Shown piece by piece: positions 26,401-39,500 of a stretch of 64,000 bases of DNA. Below the pieces are notes generated by a model. It saw nothing but the letters and a program-made list of their open reading frames with translations, made no database searches and was not told where the DNA came from. The number at the start of each line of letters is the position of its first letter. The first letter of the stretch is position 1. Source of the stretch: Acanthaster planci. Lineage: Eukaryota. The stretch is from NCBI RefSeq assembly GCF_001949145.1, contig NW_019091361.1, positions 4,088,164 to 4,152,163 of the forward strand. The letters are read 5' to 3'. A program made the position numbers and the translations under genes.

Positions 26401-27544
26401 GGAAAACAAGGGAGGAGATAGAACCACGATTGACTGTGAAGTAACTAAAATTGTATTATTCATGGCGATACCTCAATACTTAGGAAAATGTTTGGATTCT
26501 AGCCTGAAGAGATATATACGCATGTGTGGCCAGTATTCTACAGTTGGCTGAATGCTGAACAGATCCTCACCTGATTAACAAATGATGCATCATCACAAGA
26601 CATTACATTATTTATGAGTTAAGAACTTTTGTGTGATTATCAATAAGAATGTTCTTTCTACCGTGCTTACGGCAACCCTTGGATTGTAAAAAGGGGCAGG
26701 TGATGAACATTATTATGTTGCAGCAGGAAGTTTTGAAGAGACACGCTTGTTTCAAGTATGAACGGTACAACCTTTAGAGAAATTCATAAACATAGAAGAT
26801 ATATACATAGACAGATCAAGTTCTGTGAACTAACTTGCAGAAATTGTTTTCTCCATCATTGTTTAACGACCTCCAACTGCAGTGTAGCATTTGTGTAGTG
26901 TGTTAATGCTATTTGGCTAGGATACAGAGACTCGTTGCCACATTCGCCTCATGTCATGTTTGGCAATTTTAGTGTGTGGCGTGGCAGGAACCAGCATAGC
27001 ATTGCTTCACTGAGCATCATTACACACCCCTTTTCTTCAACGTGAAACTATAAACAGGGAAGTTGTGAAAAGAACGGAAGTTACTTTGAAAAATGGCTAA
27101 TGTAAGTAGGCATACAAATAAATACAAATGTGTTTGACATAAAAAAATTGTTGAAAGGCAAGAGAGACAAATATTTCTTACAGTTTTCTATTTTTTTCTT
27201 CAACATTGCCAATTAAAATGTTAGGGTCATACCATGAAACGAGGTTTGTCACAGAACGGGGAGCAGAAGTTTTTTAGCCCTTCCAGCCATATTCAGCATT
27301 CTTCCTGAAAGCTTTCTGCTTGCCCTGCTTGTGAAGTTTTACGTAATGACCAAAAGTGTCGCTGGAAGGGGAAAAGCACAAATATTTCTGCTTTGCCTGT
27401 CCAACGGGACTTTGTTACCATTATGTTTTTGCCCGAGTGGAACTAGTATCTATGGTAAAACCAATGCTCACTGGATTATGGTTGGTAACGTAAAAGTGGC
27501 CCACAGTTTCTTAATGTGTGTTTTTTCTTTTGAATCTTATTCAG

Positions 27545-30500
27545 CCACCCAGGAGGGCAAGAATGGCTGATGAGGGTACGGACTTGGCCAATGGGCCATC
27601 AACATCAAAGGTGGGTTCACAGTTCAGGTTTTTTTTCGCTTCCTGTACTTTTGTGGGTACATTTGACTGCAGCTTAGTAAACGTTAGATCACTGCGGCTG
27701 CCAAAACGCGCCATCCTATTTCATTTTAGAATGAAGCCACATGTTGTGCACAAAGCTGTCTCAGTAGAGTGGTGTGATGTGTCTATCGGTGTGCACTGTA
27801 GAAGAGAAAGAGGATTAAATTTTTGAACCGTCTGTGACGGTTCAGACAAGAGGAGGGTTAAGCAGTAGTAAATGAAGTAAGATGCCCGAATGTCGTAGAA
27901 ATCAAACTCCTTTGCAGAGTATCGTCAGAGTATATGAATATTTCACGCTGTGATCGGAACGCCGTTCAAATTGTGAATGAGCCTGGCCCAGAATGAAGAG
28001 ATTTCTAACTCAGTCGTGAGACTGCAAAGTTCAGCTGATTTTCTTGTGTTGATTTATCACGTGTGTCATTAGAAGTGGAAAACACTTTACAAAGTCTGTG
28101 CTTGTCAAGATTTCCTTTGTTGTCCCATCGCACGCCTACCGATGTTTCCTGCAGCTTGTGCTCTGTACAATGCAAATTCTTCCAGCATTCCAGTGAGAAC
28201 TAACCCATTCCATTCCTCCGATGTTTCATTGCAGGGTAAGAGGCGAGCGGCAAGCGCCCCGAGCCCTCGCAGTCCACAGATCAAGCGCAAGCGTATGCCG
28301 GCTGAGTACTACCAGTCGGATGTGGTAGATGCCATCAGCAAGCAGTCCACAAGGACGCCCACCTCAGACAAGGAGGTGTTCTTCAACAAGAACACGTACT
28401 TGGCCGTGAGGACAGACAATGGTGAGCACCTGTCGGCAGTCTTGACGACAGCCTGTGTAAAATGCAACAGAGTACAACATTGGTCAAAGTGTTGTATACT
28501 TTTGGATTTGGGTAATCAGTTGGCCGGTTCAGTATTCCTAAAGAACAGTGCCATTCGGGAGCAAAGCACAAGCCCAAGTCTGTGTACATGTAGGGCCGTG
28601 CCAATAAGGTGGACGGCATGACCTCATACTTGCATCATTTTGATTACGTGCTGTGGAATACAGAACTTACTCACACAAGTGACAAGGCATCCCGTGTAAC
28701 CGACTGGTCCCAAGATTGGTACTTGCCATTTGCACTGCTCAGTGTAGCTCGCTTCTACTTTGTTGCATTTTGGTGTTTTGACCATGGTAACCATTATAGC
28801 CAGTGTTGTACTTGAGCTTTCTTTCCAAGACCCAGAGTAAACTGCATTCTATTATTACATTGTTAGAATCAAACCAAAGTACCAAGGCAGCGGTGGCTGA
28901 AATGCCTTAAAGAAGGAATGTAAGTGTTGAGGGCGCACAGATAGCATGAAACATAAAAGAAATATTCAGATATTTGCAAAGTCTAAGTCCTTTTGAAATA
29001 TATACACAACATATCTTTCTGTAGAAACACCCAGATTCAATCTCATAAGCGTCATTACCTACTGTGTAATTATCCGAGCTTGATTCCTCTCAAAAGCCCC
29101 ATATTTTGGCTTACTTGTTGGACTCAGGGAAAGGAATCGACTGCAGCACAAATCACAGCTACGTGAATTTTGGGTTTTCTTACATTAAGCCTAACCCCCT
29201 GGGGGGTATGTAAAAGTATATTGAAATTGGAGGATTTGGGACTGTTAGGGTTAAGAGGAGTACCTTGATAAAAGTCTGTAGAGGAACTAAATAATATGAT
29301 CCCATTTACCAATCTGAACGTCAGTATGGTTGATCAAATAGCCCCAAGGTTTGTTTTTTTTATCAGAACAAAATGTGCAACACGGACTGCCCACTTCACT
29401 TGGAACGTAACAGAAATAACGATTGTGATGTTTGTCTTTGAATCGATGCGTGGCATTACCACAGCTTAATTCTATAAATGAAAACGAAGTTGGCCTGTCA
29501 AAAACTAAAATTGATATTTGAAAATAGACGTTTAGTGGCCCTGTTTTATTTTCAGGGTACTGGTAGGGTTGAATGCAGGATAAGTTTGTTTATTTGGGTT
29601 TTTTATGTTCAAAGGTTACAAAAGTTTTCTGACTGAAGATGTGTAAACATCACAGCAAAAATACAAGATTTAACGTTTCACATGTGCCTTATCATCAAGA
29701 GGCAGTTTCCCTCACAGACGACAAGTTGATGGCACTCAAAGCAAAAGTCAAACAAAAAAACTATGTCTGTTTTTGCATGTCTTTCCAGGGAAATATTTCA
29801 TCTGCAAGACTGCCCAGAACGTCTACCACACCACCAAGATGTTCAAGATCCTCTGGCTGGAGCTGCGCACGATGCCGGGTACCTACGAGATGTCATATCG
29901 CGACACCATCGACATCGACAGCGTCTTGACCGACGTAGTCATGAACAGGCAGGCCGGCGGGCTGCTGACACTGCCACGCAATGAGATTAACCGCGTGGAG
30001 CAGATCCTTGGGTTAGCCATCAAGAAAGAGAACGGAATGCTGGATAACGACGTAGGTAAGTGGTTTCACCAAGATCAAGGGGATTGTACACGTCTTAAAC
30101 ATTCTCTTTTGGTTGAATTTGAATTTGGTCCCGCTTTTTGGGGCTGAATATGCCCAAACCCTCAAGCTTACAGGAGTACATTGGAGGTTGCAATCGTTCT
30201 TCAGCGTGATCTTGGAAGGGAGTGATTTGGAAGGTGTTCATTTGCTTATTAGTAGACTTTGCTTGTACTTCATTAAATTTTCATTAAACTCGGTTTGTTT
30301 TGACATTCTTGAAGCATTGCAAAAGAAACATGTATATGTATGCCACTTTTAACATTTGCATTTTCCATCTGCCCCTACTTTGCCAGAGACATTTTGATGA
30401 ACTGATTTCATGATGCTGTTCTTTTCAGCACATTATGCCAATTATGTCTTCATGGTTCTGTTAGGATACTTTCCCCTTATTGTCGTTTTCTTTCACAGGT

Positions 30501-33500
30501 CCTAGATTCCGTGAAATGAAGGAAGTGAAGACAGATCAAGATGAGGACAAAGGAGATGAAGAAGAGGAAGATGAGGACGAGGATGATGACGATGACGATG
30601 ACAATGACAATGACGATGCAGACAAGCCATCCACCTCGACCCGGACCAAGACCAACCCCAAAGCCAAGAAGCGAGCCCCCAAGAAGCCCAAACCAAAGCC
30701 GAAGAAGGTGCAGAGCAAAGCGGACAGCCCCAGTCCACCCAGCAAGCAGAAGGGACGAGGCAGGCCCAAGGCCACCATCACGACCAAAACAGCAACGAAG
30801 AAAGGTCAGTTGGAAGTGTGATTGGTCAGAGGTGATGTTGCTAAGCATCTTCTTTCAGTCTGATTTGAAGTCCCATTTCTGCTTTCCCAAGCTCTTTGGA
30901 CATTCAGGTACGTCATCACTATGAAGTCATGAAGACCTGCCCCATCCGAGCGCTGTGCCAGTTACTGTTCAGAAATGCCATGAAATGCTTTTTTTTCTTT
31001 CAAGTAGCTAACATATTTTGAAAGTTGCCAACATAATGTTTCTTACTTGAGGTAGTGGCGCCTCCCTTGTCATGATTACAACCCATTTTTTTGTCCATAC
31101 AGTAAATCTACCAACGGTGTTGTTATTTACTGCCTGCCTGGCAGGCCCAATTATTTTTTGCCTGGCCAATTCTGGCTGTGCTTGTCAGAAATGGAGGGGG
31201 CAACGTCAAAGGCCATGTGGCAACAATATGACTTGTTTTGTTGGCCATGCCATGGGACCCAAGATGCCAATGGGTAAATCTGTAGGTAGTGCTTACAGAG
31301 CCCTGCTCCAATGGCATTCTTGCATGGAACCTGCCTGATTCCTCAAAAAAAAAATTTCTGCGGTGCTGGAGACTGTAGGTACATTCTTGGTAGTGAAATG
31401 ATCATGGGCCAGTGAGTCTCCCTTGAAAAGTAACAGTACCCGGGCCCTCTGTGCCTCCCTCCTGCTAAAGTCCGGCCAGACATTCAGGGTAGTTCAGGGC
31501 AGGGGTCAAGGCATTTTGATTCTTGTGTGGAGATGGTCAAGTCAGTTTTTGTGGTTGAATTTTCATGTCGCTCCCTTTCAGTGGCCAAGAAAATCACTGC
31601 CAAGGCAAAGAGCACCAAAGGCAAAGCTGCTGCCAAACCTGCCAAGCTAGGACGCAAGAAGCCCGCCAGCAAGGACAAGAAGGCCGCAGCCAAGGCCAAG
31701 GCCAAGGACAAGGCCAAGAAGATGAAGAAAGCCAAGGAGGAGAAAGCCAAGAAGGAGAAGAAGCCAAAGGAGAAGCTTCATCCCAACGACCAGCTCACAC
31801 CCAACAATGACATCGAGGTGGTGCCTAAGGACCCTATGTTTGAAGTCAAGTGAGTCAATCCACTCCCTGCAGGTACAAGACATGGCATGCCTCAAGGGCA
31901 GATCCGGAACTGAGGGATCTGTTCTTAGTGTGCTTCGACAAATCAGTGAAAGTCTTTTGGTGGAAACTCCACACTGCGCTGAGAATGGCAAATATAAATC
32001 GAAACCTGCCCGGCTCAACTTAAATGGTGAAAACTCCCCAAATTAGTTTCAGGTCAGGTCGGTTTGGGTTTTGGGTCATGTTTGCACAGCATTGCTGTGT
32101 TCAGGTTATGTAAATCGCATTGTGTGTTCAGTGGCATGGTCAGTAACACATTTTGCTCAGCTAGTATTTTCTGCGTTAAGTAGCTTTCTGGATTGATGGC
32201 ACTCGGTGATTTGATCGTTGTTCTTTTTTCCCCATGCTTGTGCACACCATCCCTCAGAAATGAGAACGAGATCCCTGAGGTGTCCAAGTTTGTCCAGTGC
32301 AAGCGCAGCATCCGGGCCGTGCTGACCAATGACATGAGCCTCCTCAAGAAGCTGATCGAGGACAAGGATGTGCCTTCCGTCTTGGGGCCGCGGAGCGCCA
32401 GCATCCAGCTGACGGCGCTGGACTACGCTGCAAGGATGGACAACCAGGCTGCCCTGAAGCTGCTGATCCCTGAGATCAACAGCACCCAGCAGAGGGCCAA
32501 GCTGCCCGAGGTCATCATGCAGCATGAAGTGGCCGGCAGGTTGGTGCCCTGCAGGGACAAATATACCCGTTGCATTTCCATTTCAACGTTCAAATGCTTG
32601 TGGCGCCGCAAAGGGAGTGAAAATTTAATAAGAAAAAAAATCTGGTGCTGCATGTTTATAGTTTGAAGCTGTCATATATAAGCCTGGAGGAAAAGCTCTG
32701 TTGTCCTCGAGAGAAGTGTTTATATTTTTTAAGATACAGACCAATTTGATGGGATGCCAGTTACCGTAGTTACACCACACTCACGCAAGCGTTCAACACC
32801 AAGCCGCAAGGCCCTATTTGTTAAAGAGGCATTGAACACCTGCATACCACCTGCCCGTGAGCGTGCTTGCCAAATAAGTCTTTAAACATGTATACTGTCC
32901 GTGGCAGCATTTGGCATCTAGCCTAGCTCGTTGCAGTGAAACACTACAGTTGTTGAATTCAAACCCCTGCTCAGTGTATTACAATCCAACAGGTTGGCTA
33001 GCTGCCAATCCAAGGACCCAATTCAACTTGACTTTGAATGAGACTGGCTCCCATGATCTCAGCTTTGGCAGTTTAGGATGCTGTGGTTGACTACCTACTC
33101 ATTAAACAAGGTCTCACAGATGCATAAACTTGTTGGGGGATGTGACTTTGAGCAGGATTGGGGTAGAAGGACTTTTGGAATGTTTCAGCTCAATACTTCA
33201 TTGCAGTTTGTCCAAAATCAGTAGTTCCATCAATCGTAAAAATCCACCCGTCGATGGCCAGATCACTCAATGTCATTACTTTACGTGACTGTCTGTGTGT
33301 TTCCCAGGTATAACTTCAAGAGTCTTGGGCATGCTGTGAGGGAAATCAACATTGCCCGAGGGAGCCGAGAAGGCAACAACGCATTCACCAAGGTAAGCCT
33401 CACTCAGCCGGTTGATAGGCGTGACATGACTCCAGTGTTACTGCGTATTTAACTTCCGTGCTCATCGGTGACCTACTGTTTCAGTACCATGCTGAATGTT

Positions 33501-36500
33501 AATCATCTGGCAAATAACAACCACTCTACAAAGACACATTTGAGCAATGCGAATTCCACACCTTTCATTGCCTGTACTTCCAAAGCTTTCTTCAAACACG
33601 ATTGTTTACTTTGGATCATTTTGAAGTACCTGAAAAATAATGTCATCATGAAAATTGAACATCATAATTACCTACTTCAATCTAGTTATAGAATACTTGA
33701 TCTCATGCAATCTTTGCATGACTTGCCTCATTGTCAGCTCTGACGTAAGAGGTGATGTTGAATGAAAACAGTGAAGAAGTCAGTGAGTATTGTTGAATAG
33801 CAGTTGTCCGTCAATATGCTGTCTCGTTGCAGAACTCTACTCTTTGAAACAAAGCTCTTCAGCCAGTTATGAATTGTGTTTTGTTAGCACTAATCCTCCT
33901 CGGTCCTTCAACATCCTCATGGAGGTTTTAAGGGTATTTTGCAGGATTGGAGAAGAAAAGTGTTGGCACTGTTACTTTCCGTGGAGCTTTGGCACTCGAT
34001 GAAAGACGAAGTGCAAAGATTGTTCTGTTACTCTCCCGCGGAATGATTTGAAAGATTTTGAAGGGATTGGGAAGAGTATTTAGCAAAAATGCCCAGAGAA
34101 TTCATTTTGGTTGTAAAACAGGCCCCAACCTCAACCTCAGACCTCAACCCTTGATTACATGTACCATGAAGCATGATGTCATAAATACATATTCCTAATT
34201 TGGCTCCCTCATAAGGAATGACTTTGTCACTGTGTTACTCAGCAAGCAACATGCAGTACCCTGAATTCTTTCACTGCATGCTGCAGTGCACACCTTCAAG
34301 AAATGAATGGTGTTATTTTTGTTCTTGTTGGTGTAGGATTTAGACATGAATGTACATAACAGGGAGTACTTGCAAGAAGCTCTGTCATCTGGCATCTCGG
34401 AAAAAACCATCAATATGATCATGGTCGCTGACTCATCAGCAACGGTTAGTATTGATTGAGACTTGGGTATTTAGGGGAATCCAGCGGGGGCCAAACATTG
34501 GGTGATTTCTTTATGTAGGCGTTTATGGCCTTCTGAAGGAGCCGTTTAATTTGGAGTTTCTTACATGCTTCAGAAAGGAAATTAAGTAAGCCCCAAAATT
34601 GTTCTTTTCACATTTTATATCAGAACATAAAGAATTAAGCCCTGATTTTTTTTCAAGGGGAGGGCTGCAAATGTTTGGCATTTTGCAAGGCATGTACGCC
34701 GCATTTTTTAAAAGTAGGTTGGATGGCAAAATGTGCATAAACTTCCACTCTGAACATTTGTCAAGGCTTGACCTGGAAAACGGTACGTGCTTGCAATGGA
34801 TTTCCTTTCAAGAGGAGAGTTAGAAAATAATGCAAAAGTAAACTAAAAAAAGGGGTAACTAGGTTTTGCCCCGGGGCAGAGGCACTCCACCAAACCCTCG
34901 TAAATCTCCTAAAGCCTCAAGGTAAACCTCAACTTACCACCTGTTTCGTTGTACATTCTCTCAATACTATATGAATCCATTTCTAGCTTAGTAATGAAAC
35001 TAATCCAATCAATGTTCGTCATCTTGTTACCCTCCGTGACCATCCATGTGTGTTTGAGAAATAGTCTTGAGAACAGTCTTGAGTCTGACCTTTGGAAACT
35101 AAAGAGAGAGAAAACTGATGTATTCTTTCCCCAACTCAAACTGAAAAGTATTACTTTATCCCAGTTAAATGTCTAGAACATTCTGGATTCATGTCTTTGT
35201 TGATACTTTTGTGCCCTTTTGTTATTCGAAACCCCCTAGCAACACATACAAATGCACATCGTCAAAGCAATCAACGCAGGCCACCGGAAGTTAGCCGGCA
35301 GCCTGGTCAAGAAGTTCAACCAGTCCGGTGGGCTCAACTTCAATAAACTGCACGAGGAGGTCAGTGCCCTGAGTTCCCGCATTTGATGCGAGAACTTTTA
35401 TTTCTGGTCTGGTACTTCGCGTCAAAAGAAAATAGGCAAAGTATGAAGGCTGATCTCAACATGAAAGCACCACACACACTCGCACATATGTATATGTTAT
35501 GTTCACAAATCTTTCTTTCCCTGTTGAAAACTCAGAGAAAATATTCATTTTACTGCCTCCGTGAACTCTCTTCCAAGCTAGATTTTTGATGGTGATTCCC
35601 TTCATACCTCTTCCTCCTCAAGTAATGGCAGATAACCTTGACCCCAAAAGGCCTCTGAACCTTTATTTTTGTGCACGCACAAGTTCTGAGAAGTCCGCCG
35701 AGTTCAACCATGTGTTGAGGCTGTTGTGGTAGCAAATTATTATTCAATGGGTACACCTCGGAGTATTGAAAAATATGAGGTTGAGGGTAGGTGTAAATAT
35801 TTTTGAAATGACTTTCTTGGGTCAGCATTTGTGACATTTAGCTATATGCCAAAAGTTGGTTGCTTCAGCAAACGTTTCAAACAGAATTTGGGGCCAAAAT
35901 AATTCCTTCCACAGAAAGCGCCTATTTAAGGCTCCTGATTGAGCAACAGATGTGAGCCAAAGACCAGGAAAGGGTTGAGATTAATGACTGATTTCCTGTG
36001 ATATTCGACTGCTGCTCGATGCGCTAGTTGACTTGGGATTGATTGGTTACTCTTCCTCCAACAGGTGCTTCTCGTGGATAAACCAGAAGACTTGTCGCCT
36101 TTCAAACGAGTGTCGGTCAAGAAGAAGCCATACGAGAATGACAGAGTAATTACAGTAGTTAGCATGTACAAAGGAGAATACATTTTGTGGTTGTTTTGGG
36201 TGTGCAATACTTTCTATTCCTGAACTCTTCCATGACCCCTTCCCATGACCCCTTCCCATCACCCCTTCCCAGTAGCCAAGAAGGGTACAAAGTGACAGAA
36301 GGCAACGTGCTGGAGAATTGGAGAGCAAATTTCGGTTGTTGACCGAAGCTAGGAAATGGGTCCAAACTGCAAAATCAGGTCTTTGAAATTAGATCAGAAT
36401 TCCAAAATTGGAATTGTAAAAACAGTTGATAAAAGCACAAAACTTTGTGTCCAGAATGTTAAGAAACCTTCGCGAATGGGCTATTCTAGGGAAATGACTA

Positions 36501-39500
36501 GATATTAACCCGTGAAACCTGGTCTGCTATTTTTCTCAAGACTCTTAGAGGGTTCATGCTTGGACTCTGTTTCTGCATCAATTGAAAAAGGAAAGGAAAC
36601 ACAATGATAAAATTGGAAAATAAATAGCATAAATGGGTCGGATTCGAACCAGGGTCTATAGATCTGTAGTTCAAATCACTACCAACTAAGCTATCGAAGC
36701 GACGTAATGGTTTGCGTTTTTGAAATGTCTTAAATGGTGTATTGCATTGTCCCCTCTTCATGAATCATTTGTCACCCCAGCTACTGAAAAAAAGTAGCGC
36801 ACCAGGTTTCACGGGCTAGTATTAAGTCGCTTCCCTATTCTAGTGTCTTCATTGACTCTTGGAAGTTTAACCTCAACGGGGTCCAATTCCTATTCAGTCG
36901 AATGTAGCTCTTGCTATGTCTTTGACGCCTTAAATGTCACTCTGTTCAATGGTCATAGGTGTAGCCAGCCCATTCCCTTGTGTCTACACTGATGTTACAC
37001 TTTTTGTTTTTTTCAAAAGGCTCCTTGTCAAGGTATATTTAGGAGATGCTTGATTTTAAAATCTGTCTCTGTGATCAAACAAATGCTTCACATCACAAAT
37101 GAACTTCTTCAACTGTGCTCAGGTCACGCCGATACACTGCGCGGCCATCAATCCCAACCCCAAGATCTTGGCCAAGCTGCTCTCTCTCTGCCCGGAGTAC
37201 GCCATCGCCGACAGCAGAGGCCGTAAGCCCATCCACTATGCGGCTGCCTGTGAGGGAAGCGGGCCCCTCGAACTTCTCCTCGGCAGGTGAGAGAATTCAA
37301 AGGTGCACTCTTCAGACTGCTTTCTACTTCGGTGACATAGGCACGCATCTCCTGCAGCAAACAGATAGCCCAATTTGGCCCCTTTTTCCCCCAGAAGCGT
37401 TTATAAGGAATCCTCCATCCTTCTGACAAGGTTTTCTTCACATCCTAGTTCCTTCACATCGAGGCATTTTATGATGCCCCTGCACTTTTCAGGAGCCCTC
37501 AACGTTACCGCTTTTGGGAATTTGTAGAGAGCAAAGTCCTCTCAGCGTTTGCTGATCTGTGCTGTGTGGTTTTGTGTTGTAGGGGAATGAACCCTGACGA
37601 GACGGACAATAAGGCCATGACCCCACTCATGGTGGCATCTCTGTATGGACGACAGCAAAACATCGAAGTGCTGGTCAAGAAGATTGAGTCCGGTGAGTGC
37701 CTGAGGAATGGAAACTAGTCCTTCTCTGGAGAACTTTAAGCACAGGTGGCGCACCTACTCAAAAATGAATTTATGAAATCCTTCATTTGTTACTGCAGTC
37801 AGCTCTCTGATGGCGTTTCAGATGATGTATCATCGCAGATAAGATGGCATACAAGATCTGTGAATATTGAAGCATAAAACTCAAAAGTATGACTTAAAAC
37901 AAAAATGTGGTGACATTGTAGAAGTGACCCTGATCAAGTGCATTCCTTTCAGGTTGCAGACACTTTAAGTTGGTGTGCATTTCTTGATGATTGTTCCCAG
38001 CTCAGACAAGCATTGTTTTCAGTAGGAACAGAGTGTCTTCTGAGTTGTAACAAGCATTGTTCTTGTTGGTATATTGTTTGGCGCTCTGACTTCTGAGATA
38101 CTATGAAATATCTGATTCTTTTGCAGGAAAGACTGACGAACTTTGTGGTGTTAAGAGGAAGTCAGCCACGGCAGAGTACGCCATCCATTATGCCAGCAAA
38201 GCTGGACACGTGGTACGTACAGCTGTCCTTCTAAAATGTTTGGGAAGCAAACAGCACACTGGTTATTGAAAAAAATTAGGATCAAGTCTGTCCTGGGTAA
38301 AAAACCCCTAAAATCATAAACTTGTGGAGGAACATGAAGTTAGCGATGTTGCGATGCAGCCCTTACAAGCGCATTTCACAGTCGTTTGGGAACCAGCGAA
38401 GTACACTTGCCGCTAAAGGAGCCTCCATTGCTCGGAAATTTGCGACCACTCTTGATAAGCTCAAAGCTTGTACTACAATCAACAACATTCTGTGGAGTGT
38501 TGCTGTGATCTTATTGCCCTTTTGAGGGACACTTGATTCAGTAAGCCCCCTTTGATCCAGTCATATTCAAAGGTGAATATTGTTGCTGTTCAAGTGCCCC
38601 GCCCCAGCTGCCTCTCAAAACTCGAACATTGAAGCAATTCTAAAAAGATGCAACAGAACAAGGTTTTTGAGCAAGCATGCCTGGAGAGTCAGGAGTATTG
38701 ACGTTTTGACCTCGTTGTAGGATTGTGTCAAGAGCCTAATCAAGCACGGAGCAGACACTGAGGCCATGACATCGGCGTCCACCAACAAGCTGACCCCACT
38801 CATGCTGGCTGCCCAGTGCGGCCACTTCCAGGTGGTCAAGACATTGATTGAAGCCAAAGCGATCATCGCTAAAAAAGGTAAAGGAAGGTTGCACCCTCTT
38901 TTTACTGAGACTGACCCATGCAAGGAAAAGTACATCCGAATCAGTGAGGGTCTGCATTCCAAAATGCCCAAGCTCAAAATTTCAAATCTCAAGTTTACTG
39001 GAAGGAAACTTTTCCTGCAAACCATCTCAACCCTTTACCTTGCCATTTGCAGTGAAATTCAACAGTTCAGAAGCCATTAGTTGATGTAGTTTCATGAAGT
39101 CTCATTTCAACTGTGTTTGATTTTGTGACATTTAGTCAGACAGCACATAGAAAACTAAATCGGGTTAGAGTTATTCCCGCAAGTCGTAAACAGTATACTG
39201 TTGGCAGTGACATTTCCATTCATGTACGTTGTATTTCATTTCTTCGGTGTACTATTTTAAAACAGCAAGCATTTAAACATGAATATAATAATTATAATAC
39301 GAACTAACTGTCACCTGTTGGGAATAAAATACCAAAAATCCTTCCATTTTCAAGGTTTCCAAAGGAAAAGTGATATACATCATGTATTAATTTGGGGACA
39401 ATTTGAATTTTCCTTCTAGACAAGATCAAGCGCACCTCTCTGATGCTGGCCTGCATGAACGGTCACTACCCAGTGGCTACTCTACTCCTGAGGAAAGGAG

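Noticed and set aside
30477..32018. Antisense poly-Ser and hydrophobic ORFs, or a standalone histone H1 gene
   Set aside because: These are shadows of the acidic and Lys-rich PARP exons. No H1 globular domain is present and the exons splice in phase into the PARP model.
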